From Candidatus Buchananbacteria bacterium (GTDB lineage Bacteria > Patescibacteriota > Patescibacteriia > Buchananbacterales > UBA6539), in assembly GCA_013359225.1 (NCBI GenBank), contig JABWCG010000002.1, positions 113,470 to 177,469 of the forward strand: a stretch of 64,000 nt of DNA, in the 5' to 3' direction. The translations under genes and the position numbers were made by a program. Numbering within the stretch: the first letter of the stretch is position 1; each line of letters begins with the position of its first letter. The notes under the pieces were generated by a model. It was not told where the DNA came from. It did not search any database and was given only the letters and a program-made list of their open reading frames with translations. Below are positions 48,244 to 56,313 of the stretch, in pieces.

Positions 48244-48948
48244 ATGTTTGATGATAAACCAAACAAGCCAAATCCAATGGCGCCTACCAATTTGCCGACT
48301 GCTCCCCAAAAATTAAGCCGGGAGCCGGAAGACATCTTAGATACTATTGATGAGGCTCCGGCCGCCGCGGCTCCAGTTTCCCGGCCTCAGCCGACTATTC
48401 CGGCGATGCCAGTGCCACCAGCAATGCCAAAGGCGGAAAGGGCAACTACCAAAGAGCCGTTTGCTTTTCATTATAAAAAGTTTGTTGTAGTTATTCTCGG
48501 CATATTATTGTTGGCGGGCTTGGCGTGGGGTGGCTGGTATGCGTATACGACGTTTTTAAGGCCTGATAAAACTGCAACCAATACCAATCAGCCGACGACC
48601 ACTAATCAGAATAACGCTAATACCAATCAGCCGAATGGTAATGCCGGCGCTGCAAACGTCAATCAACCCGGCAATGTTAATGTCGGTGGCGAAGGAACAC
48701 CGGTAGATCCAAAGCCAGTTGACTCCGACAGCGATGGTCTTGATGATGAAGAGGAAAAACTATATGGGACCAATCCGGACCGAGTTGATACGGATCTTGA
48801 CGGTTTAACTGATCGTGATGAGGTAAAAGTTTTTAAAACTGACCCGAATAATCCAGATAGCGATGGGGACACCTTCTTGGACGGTAATGAAGTTCGCGCC
48901 GGCTACGACCCGAAAGGGGACGGCAAACTCTTGGAAATAAATAATTAA
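48244..48948 (+). CDS. Single-pass membrane protein with an Asn/Thr-rich low-complexity linker and thrombospondin type-3-like Ca-binding repeats
   Basis: It has the TM helix FVVVILGILLLAGLAWGGWYAY, an NQPTTTNQNNANTNQPNGN linker, and the repeats 'DSDSDGLDDEEEKLYGTNPDRVDTDLDGLTDRDE...DPNNPDSDGDTFLDGNE'. Confidence 0.5.
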   Translation: MFDDKPNKPNPMAPTNLPTAPQKLSREPEDILDTIDEAPAAAAPVSRPQPTIPAMPVPPAMPKAERATTKEPFAFHYKKFVVVILGILLLAGLAWGGWYAYTTFLRPDKTATNTNQPTTTNQNNANTNQPNGNAGAANVNQPGNVNVGGEGTPVDPKPVDSDSDGLDDEEEKLYGTNPDRVDTDLDGLTDRDEVKVFKTDPNNPDSDGDTFLDGNEVRAGYDPKGDGKLLEINN

Positions 48949-48979
48949 TTAATATCTTGAGCGAAAAAATAATCAAGCT

Positions 48980-49966
48980 ATGTTTAAGTTAGGGAAAAAT
49001 AAAGTCAGTGAATCAAAAACAGATACGGCGTTAACGTCCGGCGGGTCTGAAAGTGTTCATGTGATGCCGAGAAAATTTTATGTTGCACCTAAAAAGGGCA
49101 ATAACGGTCTAGTTATTATTATCGTTGTGGGAGTGCTGGTGGTTGGCGGCCTGGCGGCGGCGGCGATTTTTCTTAACTTAAGCCTTGGCAAAAATCAGGC
49201 CAGCAATCAAAATAGTAATACAAACACTTCAGCGTCGGTTACTACAAATACGGGCAATACTAACGTGAATATTAATAGCAACGTGAACGCTAATATTGGT
49301 ATGCCTGCAACGACTACGATTGATGTGCCGACGACAACCGATCCGGCAGTTAATATTAATGTGAATACCAATACATCAATTGATGATCCGGATATCAAAG
49401 ATGTAGAAGTAAAGCCCTTACCTTCAGCGCCTGATTCTGACAACGATGGTCTAACGCTTGAGGAAGAAAATTTATACGGCACCGACCCGTCGTTACTAGA
49501 TTCTGACAATGATGGCTTTTCCGACGGCTCGGAGCTTTTGAACGGGTATGACCCGACGCATGTCGGCCAGACGCTTGAGGCCTCAGGAGTTTTTACCAAG
49601 CACACTGGCGCTGGGTATTCAATTAGTTACCCGACCGGCTGGCAAGTGAGGCCGCAAAGTGACAATAGCGAAACATTGTTTATTTCAAGTACGGGCGAAT
49701 TTGTCGCTGTTATCATCATGGAAAATCCGGACAAGCTTCCTTTGGCAGAGTGGTATGCTAAGCAGTACCCGGATATTGATATTACCAATGCTGTTTCGGT
49801 CCGCTTAAATAGTTTTTCTGGATACCGCCATCCTGATAATCGGATTTATTTCCTGACCAAATCCGGCGACATTAGCAAGATTTTTATGGTTAATTATAAT
49901 GTTGGCAATTTCCGGCTGACTAATTTTGCCACCACGTTCAATTTGATGGTTAAGAGCCTTAATTAA
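48980..49966 (+). CDS. Paralogous single-pass membrane protein with an Asn-rich linker, TSP3-like repeats and a C-terminal globular domain
   Basis: It has the TM helix LVIIIVVGVLVVGGLAAAAIFL, an NQNSNTNTSASVTTNTGNTNVNINSN linker, and the repeats 'DSDNDGLTLEEENLYGTDPSLLDSDNDGFSDGSE'. Confidence 0.5.
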   Translation: MFKLGKNKVSESKTDTALTSGGSESVHVMPRKFYVAPKKGNNGLVIIIVVGVLVVGGLAAAAIFLNLSLGKNQASNQNSNTNTSASVTTNTGNTNVNINSNVNANIGMPATTTIDVPTTTDPAVNINVNTNTSIDDPDIKDVEVKPLPSAPDSDNDGLTLEEENLYGTDPSLLDSDNDGFSDGSELLNGYDPTHVGQTLEASGVFTKHTGAGYSISYPTGWQVRPQSDNSETLFISSTGEFVAVIIMENPDKLPLAEWYAKQYPDIDITNAVSVRLNSFSGYRHPDNRIYFLTKSGDISKIFMVNYNVGNFRLTNFATTFNLMVKSLN

Positions 49967-49980
49967 CAGGAGTTGTTTTT

Positions 49981-50412
49981 ATGGTACGGTTTGAAGTCAA
50001 CCAACAAGCAGGAAAAAAGATTACAGCAAGCGTCTGGCGTAGTTACTTAAAGCCAATTGAGGCGGCTTTGAAGCTCAAAAAACCGTTAGAGATTTCAATT
50101 GGTATTGTCGGGGATGCAGCAATTAAGAAACTTAATAAGATATACCGTCATAAAGACAAGGTTACTGATGTGTTGAGTTTTGGCGAAACCAATCAGCTCG
50201 CCGGCGGTAATAAAAACTATCTGGGCGAAATCATTATTTGTTACCCTCAGGCAGTGCGTCAGGCGAAGAAAGCCGGGCATCCGCTTAATCGGGAATTACA
50301 GCTTTTATTCACGCACGGTTTTTTGCACTTGTTAGGGTATGACCATGAAAAAGACAGTGACGCTGAGGTGATGGAGGGCTTAGAAGAAAAAATTTTGGGG
50401 TTTAGGCGTTAA
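49981..50412 (+). CDS. ybeY: rRNA maturation endoribonuclease YbeY
   Basis: It has the H3xH zinc motif 'FTHGFLHLLGYDHEKD'. Confidence 0.85.
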   Translation: MVRFEVNQQAGKKITASVWRSYLKPIEAALKLKKPLEISIGIVGDAAIKKLNKIYRHKDKVTDVLSFGETNQLAGGNKNYLGEIIICYPQAVRQAKKAGHPLNRELQLLFTHGFLHLLGYDHEKDSDAEVMEGLEEKILGFRR

Positions 50413-50417
50413 AGGTT

Positions 50418-50452
50418 GTTGGAAATAGGGTTTTATGGTAAAATATTTTTAT
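50418..50452 (+). promoter_or_regulatory. Putative extended -10 promoter for ftsA-ftsZ
   Basis: TTGTTG, a spacer, then TGGTAAAAT (TGn extended -10). It lies about 45 nt upstream of the ftsA RBS (AAAGGGAAAAAT). Confidence 0.3.
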
Positions 50453-50490
50453 AATTTTTCATTGTTAAAATTGTATTTAAAGGGAAAAAT

Positions 50491-51744
50491 ATGGCTGAAC
50501 AAGAAATAATTGCCGGGCTCGATATTGGTTCAAGTGCAGTTCGCTTAGCAATTGGTCAAATCTCCGCCAAAGGGGAACAAATCCACATTATTGGCTCTGC
50601 CGAAGTGCCCGCTGAGGGCATTAGCAAAGGAGTCATTTCCAGCATTGAAGACGCTGTTTCTTCAATTTCAGCTTGTTTAGAAAAGGCGGAACGCATGATT
50701 GGCGTGCCGGTGCAAAGAGCCTGGGTGGGCATTTCTGGCAGTCATATTATTTCTCAGGAAAGTCAGGGTGTGGTTGCAGTTGCGCGTAGTGATGGTGAGA
50801 TTTCCGAAGATGATATTGAGCGTTCAATTGAAGCGGCTCGAACCGTAGCAACGCCGCCAAACTATGAAATTTTGCATGTCATTCCCAAAAGTTTTACGGT
50901 TGACGGCCAGTCGGGGATTAAAGACCCGCTTGGTATGACCGGTGTTCGAATTGAGGTTGAAACGCAAATCATTCAGGGCTTAACGGCTCAAATAAAAAAT
51001 TTAACAAAGGCGGTATATCGCACCGGTGTTAACATTGAGGACCTGGTGCTTTCTATTTTGGCAACATCTGAAGCGGTGTTAACTAATCGACAAAAAGAGC
51101 TGGGAGTAGCGGTTATTAATATCGGCGGTTCTACTACGTCGTTGGCGGTTTTTGAAGAAGGCGACATTTTACACACAACTATTCTGCCGGTTGGTTCCGA
51201 CCATATTACCTCTGACATTGCCATTGGTTTAAGAATTTCCATTGATACGGCAGAAAAGATCAAATTGGAATATGGTTCGGCATTGTCGGAAGGAATTGGC
51301 AAGCGAGACGAAATTGATATCGGTGAATTGGAAGGTAAAGAGGCAAATTTTGTTTCCCGAAAATACATTGGTGAAATCACCGAAGCGCGCGTTGAAGAAA
51401 TTTTTGATAAGGTTGACGCTGAGTTGAAGAAGATTGATAAAAGTGGTAAACTACCGGCAGGCGTCGTGATAACTGGCGGCGGTGCCAAGCTTCATGATTT
51501 GGTTGAAGCGGCAAAAAAACGTTTACGCTTGCCCGCGGTGATTGGTACGCCAACTAACATTACTAGCGCCATTGATAAAGTTAATGATCCGAGTTTTTCT
51601 ACAGCAATCGGTTTAGTGATTTGGGGCAGTCAGCTTGCAAGCCAGCGCTCGCAAGGAGGTTTTGGTAAGTTGATGAATTATTTGCCGAATCTCAAGGGCG
51701 TTTCCAGTCAAGCTAAGAAATGGTTTAAAAAAATAATTCCTTAA
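50491..51744 (+). CDS. ftsA: Cell division protein FtsA
   Basis: It has the actin-like fold and the 'IIAGLDIGSSAVRLAIGQ' N-terminus. It lies immediately upstream of ftsZ. Confidence 0.9.
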   Translation: MAEQEIIAGLDIGSSAVRLAIGQISAKGEQIHIIGSAEVPAEGISKGVISSIEDAVSSISACLEKAERMIGVPVQRAWVGISGSHIISQESQGVVAVARSDGEISEDDIERSIEAARTVATPPNYEILHVIPKSFTVDGQSGIKDPLGMTGVRIEVETQIIQGLTAQIKNLTKAVYRTGVNIEDLVLSILATSEAVLTNRQKELGVAVINIGGSTTSLAVFEEGDILHTTILPVGSDHITSDIAIGLRISIDTAEKIKLEYGSALSEGIGKRDEIDIGELEGKEANFVSRKYIGEITEARVEEIFDKVDAELKKIDKSGKLPAGVVITGGGAKLHDLVEAAKKRLRLPAVIGTPTNITSAIDKVNDPSFSTAIGLVIWGSQLASQRSQGGFGKLMNYLPNLKGVSSQAKKWFKKIIP

Positions 51745-51747
51745 GGT

Positions 51748-52926
51748 ATGGCTGAAATCAAGCCGGAAATTGAAACATTTGCAAAAATTAAAGTTATCGG
51801 TGTTGGCGGTTCGGGTGGCGCAGCCATCAATCGCATGGTCGCCTCTAAAATTCGTGGAGTCGATTTTTTGGCGATTAATACCGATGTTCAGGCTTTGCAT
51901 CATTCTCAAGCCAAAACTAAATTGCATATTGGTAAATTAACCACCCGCGGTCTGGGTGCTGGGATGGATCCTGATATTGGTGAGAAGGCGGCTGAAGAAA
52001 GCCAGAATGATATTCGTGAGTTGATAAAAGATGCTGATATGGTGTTTGTCACTTGTGGTTTGGGTGGTGGTACCGGAACCGGTGCCGCACCGGTTGTTGC
52101 CAGCATGGCTAAAGATGCCGGTGCATTGACCGTAGCCGTTGTTACCAGGCCGTTTTCGTTTGAAGGCGCTCAGCGTGCTCAAATTGCTCAGCAGGGATAC
52201 GACAGTCTAAAAAATAAAGTTGACGCTATTGTCACGATTCCTAACGATCGACTGTTGCAAATTATTGATAAAAAAACCTCCTTACTCGACGCTTTTAAAA
52301 TTTGTGACGAAGTGTTGCAGCAGGGCGTGCAGGGGATTGCAGAATTAATTACCATACCTGGTTTAATCAACGTTGACTTTGCGGACGTCAAAACCATCAT
52401 GAAAGACACCGGTTCAGCATTAATGGGCATTGGTCAGGGTACCGGCGAGAATCGGGCCGTGGAAGCGGCTAAATCAGCTATTTCTAGCCCATTACTTGAG
52501 CTATCTATTGATGGTGCTAAAGGCATATTGTTTACCGTGGTAGGCGGACCAGACTTGGGTATGCATGAAGTCAATGAAGCCGCTAAAGTTATCACTCAGT
52601 CAGCCGATCCAAATGCTAAGGTCATTTTTGGCGCGGTTATTGATGACTCTATGAAAGATGAGGTTAAGGTTACCGTTGTGGCTACTGGTTTTTCCGACCG
52701 TGAGATTAGGGCGGCAAGTGAAAAATCGTTTGCTTCTAAGGAGAGTAATTACACGCCAAGCACTTTTGTTGAATCAAAGAATAAGGTTGAAGAAAAAACC
52801 GCTTCGGCTGTCAGGCGCATTTCAACCAAAATCCCGACAAAAAGAACAATTCCGTCCCAACCGGATATCATTGCTGAAGATGATGAGCTTGAAATCCCCG
52901 CATTTATTCGAAAAAAGATGAGGTAA
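51748..52926 (+). CDS. ftsZ: Cell division GTPase FtsZ
   Basis: It has the tubulin signature '[13 protein letters not shown]' and '[15 protein letters not shown]'. Confidence 0.95.
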   Translation: MAEIKPEIETFAKIKVIGVGGSGGAAINRMVASKIRGVDFLAINTDVQALHHSQAKTKLHIGKLTTRGLGAGMDPDIGEKAAEESQNDIRELIKDADMVFVTCGLGGGTGTGAAPVVASMAKDAGALTVAVVTRPFSFEGAQRAQIAQQGYDSLKNKVDAIVTIPNDRLLQIIDKKTSLLDAFKICDEVLQQGVQGIAELITIPGLINVDFADVKTIMKDTGSALMGIGQGTGENRAVEAAKSAISSPLLELSIDGAKGILFTVVGGPDLGMHEVNEAAKVITQSADPNAKVIFGAVIDDSMKDEVKVTVVATGFSDREIRAASEKSFASKESNYTPSTFVESKNKVEEKTASAVRRISTKIPTKRTIPSQPDIIAEDDELEIPAFIRKKMR

Positions 52927-53086
52927 AGTAGTCTTTACAAGTTATCCTCATAGACAACAAAAAAAAATAGGACTAAAATAAACAGTACCCCCAAAAAAAT
53001 TTAAAACCAAAATAAAACAGGCTTCGGGAGGTTTAAAATTTTAACTACATAAGGCAAAAAATGTCTTATTTTTTATCGCTCAAAAT

Positions 53087-55465
53087 ATGATATTTGGTGT
53101 TGGAGAATCAAAACTAAAGCTTACCAAGAATGCTTTAAAGGTCTTGGAAAGCCGATATTTATTGAAAGATAATGACGGCAACGTAATTGAAAAGCCGATT
53201 GAAATGTTTAGGCGCGTTGCCGGTTTTATTGTAAAAGCGGAAGATAAGTATGGCTTGACCCAGGAAGAAAAAGATGACCTGGCTAAGGCTTTCCTGGAAG
53301 TGATGGTTGATTTTGAATTTTTGCCAAACAGTCCAACCTTTACCGGCGCTGGTACGCCTTTAGGGCAGTTGTCAGCCTGCTTTGTGCTGCCGGTGGGAGA
53401 CTCTATGGAAGAAATTTTTGAAGCGATCAAAAATACCGCTTTAATCCACAAATCCGGTGGCGGAACTGGTTTTTCATTTTCTCGTATTCGGCCGGCCAAA
53501 GATCCGGTGAAGTCCACTAGCGGTTTGGCATCGGGTCCAATTTCTTTTATGACCGTTTTTGATGCTGCGACCGATACGGTGAAACAGGGTGGCACTCGTC
53601 GTGGAGCTAATATGGGCATTCTGCGGGTGGATCATCCGGATATTATGGAATTTATTGTCGCTAAGGAAGATAACAATCGACTAAACAATTTTAATATTTC
53701 AGTGGCAATCACCGACAAGTTTATGGATGCGCTTGATAAGGGTGAAGAATATGATTTGCTCAACCCCCGTGACGGCAGGGCAATCGGTAAGTTAAACGCC
53801 AAAGAAGTGTGGGACAAAATTATTGATCACGCCTGGAAAAACGGGGACCCTGGTGTTATTTTTATTGATAAAATCAACAAACATAATCCTACGCCTCATG
53901 TTGGTAAAATTGAAAGCACCAATCCGTGTGGAGAACAGCCGCTGTTACCCTATGAATCTTGTAATTTAGGTTCAATTAACTTGGCCAAATTCGTTAAAGA
54001 AGGTGAAATTGATTATCAGCGCTTAGCTTTTGTTGTACAAACAGCAGTCAGGTTTTTAGATGATGTGATTGATATGAATAAGTATCCAATCCCGCAGATT
54101 TCTCAAATGACCAGAGCTAATCGTAAGATTGGTTTAGGGGTAATGGGTTGGGCTGACATGTTGGTTGATTTAGGTATTTCCTATAATTCAAACGAGGCGA
54201 TTGATTTGGCTGAAAAAGTAATGAAATTTATCAAAAACACAGCCGATCAGGCGTCGGTTGTTTTAGCTAAAGAAAAAGGAGTATTTCCTAATTTTGAAGG
54301 CAGTATTTATGACACGCCAGATAGCACCGGAATTAGAAATGCCACCAGAACCACTATCGCGCCAACCGGCACTATCAGTATTATTGCTAACTGTTCTTCC
54401 GGGATTGAGCCGCTATTTGCTTTGGCATATGTTAGAAAATCGCGCATCGGTAAGAAAGGCGATGACTGGGTTGAGTTAGTAGAGGTTAATCCTTATTTTG
54501 AAGCAGTTGCTAAAGAACGGGGATTTTATTCCAAAGAACTAATGGAAAAAATTTCTCAAGTTGGCTCGATCCAGCACCTTGATGAAGTGCCAGACGATGT
54601 GAAACGAGTATTTGTCACCTCTCACGACATTACGCCGGAATGGCATATTCGAATGCAGACTGCTTTTCAAAAATATGTTGATAATGCCGTTTCTAAAACC
54701 ATCAACTTTCCTAACGCCGCTACTCGTGATGATGTCGCCAAAGCGTATTTATTGGCGTACGAGAATGATTGCAAAGGAGTAACTATTTATCGGGATGGCA
54801 GTCGAGATGTTCAAGTTTTAACAACCGGTCAATCGCACAAAAAGGAAGAGGCTCCAAAGGAAACCACTACTCCTGCTGCGCCGTTTTATAAGCGCAAGCG
54901 CCCGATGATGATGCGCGGCACAACTTATAAAGTAAAAACGTCGTATGGTGATTTGTATATCACCATTAATGACGACGAACAGGGTAATCCCTTCGAAGTG
55001 TTTGCTACTATTGGTAAGGCTGGCGGATTTTTTTCAGCCAAGTCAGAAGCAATTTGTCGTTTAGTTTCCTTGGCGTTACGCGCCGGCATTCCGGCCCAGG
55101 AAGTAGTCAGTCAAATTAAAGGTATTCGTGGTCCGATGCCGTCTTGGGGTGAAGGGGGAATGATTTTGTCGCTTCCTGACGCTATTGCTCAGATTATTGA
55201 AAAACATCTCAGTCAAAATCAGCAGCGGCTGGAATTAGAATTTCATAATGGCAAAGTGACCAAAGAACAGTTATCTAAAACCCCGGCCTCCTATGATCCG
55301 GCTTCATCTTTGCCGGTAGATAGCGCCAAGCCTTCCAATGGCAACGGTAATCGGGAAATTGCCGATTTTGGTACCGCGCCAGAATGTCCTGATTGTGGCA
55401 ATATTTTGGAAATCGCCGAAGGTTGTTTGAAGTGTCGATCCTGTGGCTTTTCCCGCTGCGGGTAA
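53087..55465 (+). CDS. nrdJ: Adenosylcobalamin-dependent (class II) ribonucleotide reductase NrdJ with a C-terminal Zn ribbon
   Basis: The class II RNR core includes the active-site 'TNPCGEQPLLPYESCNLGSINL'. The C-terminal CPDCGNILEIAEGCLKCRSCGFSRCG segment is a Zn ribbon. Confidence 0.9.
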   Translation: MIFGVGESKLKLTKNALKVLESRYLLKDNDGNVIEKPIEMFRRVAGFIVKAEDKYGLTQEEKDDLAKAFLEVMVDFEFLPNSPTFTGAGTPLGQLSACFVLPVGDSMEEIFEAIKNTALIHKSGGGTGFSFSRIRPAKDPVKSTSGLASGPISFMTVFDAATDTVKQGGTRRGANMGILRVDHPDIMEFIVAKEDNNRLNNFNISVAITDKFMDALDKGEEYDLLNPRDGRAIGKLNAKEVWDKIIDHAWKNGDPGVIFIDKINKHNPTPHVGKIESTNPCGEQPLLPYESCNLGSINLAKFVKEGEIDYQRLAFVVQTAVRFLDDVIDMNKYPIPQISQMTRANRKIGLGVMGWADMLVDLGISYNSNEAIDLAEKVMKFIKNTADQASVVLAKEKGVFPNFEGSIYDTPDSTGIRNATRTTIAPTGTISIIANCSSGIEPLFALAYVRKSRIGKKGDDWVELVEVNPYFEAVAKERGFYSKELMEKISQVGSIQHLDEVPDDVKRVFVTSHDITPEWHIRMQTAFQKYVDNAVSKTINFPNAATRDDVAKAYLLAYENDCKGVTIYRDGSRDVQVLTTGQSHKKEEAPKETTTPAAPFYKRKRPMMMRGTTYKVKTSYGDLYITINDDEQGNPFEVFATIGKAGGFFSAKSEAICRLVSLALRAGIPAQEVVSQIKGIRGPMPSWGEGGMILSLPDAIAQIIEKHLSQNQQRLELEFHNGKVTKEQLSKTPASYDPASSLPVDSAKPSNGNGNREIADFGTAPECPDCGNILEIAEGCLKCRSCGFSRCG

Positions 55466-55473
55466 AACTAAAC

Positions 55474-56010
55474 ATGTTGAAGGGTGCTATGAAAAGTGAT
55501 TTAGGTAAAGTTCATGTGTATACCGGCGACGGTAAGGGCAAAACTACTGCATCGCTTGGTCTTGCTTTACGCGCCATCGGTGCTGGCTATCAGGTTTATA
55601 TTGTTCAATTTTTAAAAGGCCAAGACTATAGCGAATTAACCAGTCTAAAACCGCTTAAAGAAATTACCTTAAAGCGTTTCGGCCAAAAAAGTTTTATTAT
55701 CAAAAAGGCTAAGCCGACTGACATCGCTTTGGCAAAGCAGGGGTTGGCATGGGCGCGCCGGGTGATAAAAAGTAAAAAATTTGACGTGGTAATTCTGGAT
55801 GAGATATTTTTGGCGGTTTTTTTCAAAATGTTGAAAGTGTCCGATCTAGTTTCGTTGATTAAAATCAAACCAAAAAATGTTGAGTTGATTTTGACCGGCC
55901 GCCGCGCACCGGCGGCGGTAGTAGCTTTAGCTGATTATGTTACTGAAATGAAAGAGGTAAAACACCCTTATAAAAAAGGGGTAGTGGCCCGACGAGGCAT
56001 TGAAAACTAG
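55474..56010 (+). CDS. cobO: Cob(I)alamin/corrinoid adenosyltransferase (CobO/CobA/BtuR family)
   Basis: It has the P-loop 'VYTGDGKGKTTASLGLALRAIGAGYQVYIVQFLKG', which is typical of the CobA/BtuR family. The start is at the ATG at 55474, just after the nrdJ stop. The six-frame ORF begins at an upstream TTG inside nrdJ. Confidence 0.8.
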   Translation: MLKGAMKSDLGKVHVYTGDGKGKTTASLGLALRAIGAGYQVYIVQFLKGQDYSELTSLKPLKEITLKRFGQKSFIIKKAKPTDIALAKQGLAWARRVIKSKKFDVVILDEIFLAVFFKMLKVSDLVSLIKIKPKNVELILTGRRAPAAVVALADYVTEMKEVKHPYKKGVVARRGIEN

Positions 56011-56039
56011 GTTATCCACCGTCGTGATTCTTGACAGGC

Positions 56040-56300
56040 TCACTGGTAGTTCTAAAATTTAATTACTTAAAAATTTGGTTGCATCTTAATTTTCCGAAGT
56101 AAGGTTACATTCCTTCGCTGACCCGCAACTGTGAAGTCTTTTTTCACCCCCTAGGTGGAAAAAGAATAAGCCAGGTCGAGAAAATAAGAGCTTAATTAAC
56201 CCACGTAACTCTTCGAGGATATGAGAGGCATCGTGTCGCTGGTTTTAAGCCAGCTCTTAAAATTGCTCTAACTACGAGGAATTTTTTTATTTAATAATTC
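56040..56300 (+). promoter_or_regulatory. Cobalamin (B12) riboswitch in the 5' leader of the 56314 operon
   Basis: It contains the highly conserved core 'GCTGACCCGCAACTGTGAAG' (consensus gCUGcCCCCGCAACUGUAA). Preceding it are GGTTGCA...AAGGTTACATTCC (the GGUG.AA.UCC region). After it come a B12-box-like 'AAGCCAGGTCGAG' and a 3' hairpin GCTGGTTTTAAGCCAGC, which may be the expression platform. Confidence 0.6.
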
Positions 56301-56313
56301 ATAACTAACAGAT

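Noticed and set aside
52927-53086. Looked for an NrdR box or B12 riboswitch upstream of nrdJ
   Set aside because: I found no palindromic NrdR-box pattern and no Cbl-riboswitch core. It is just an A-rich leader.
55393-55473. Upstream TTG start of cobO overlapping the nrdJ C-terminus
   Set aside because: The ATG at 55474 lies just after the nrdJ stop and gives a sensible N-terminus ahead of the P-loop. The TTG extension is an artefact of stop-to-stop ORF calling.
56011-56030. DnaA-box-like TTATCCACC near parAB-distal region
   Set aside because: It is a single 8/9 match inside the riboswitch leader. There is no cluster of boxes and no AT-rich DUE context.
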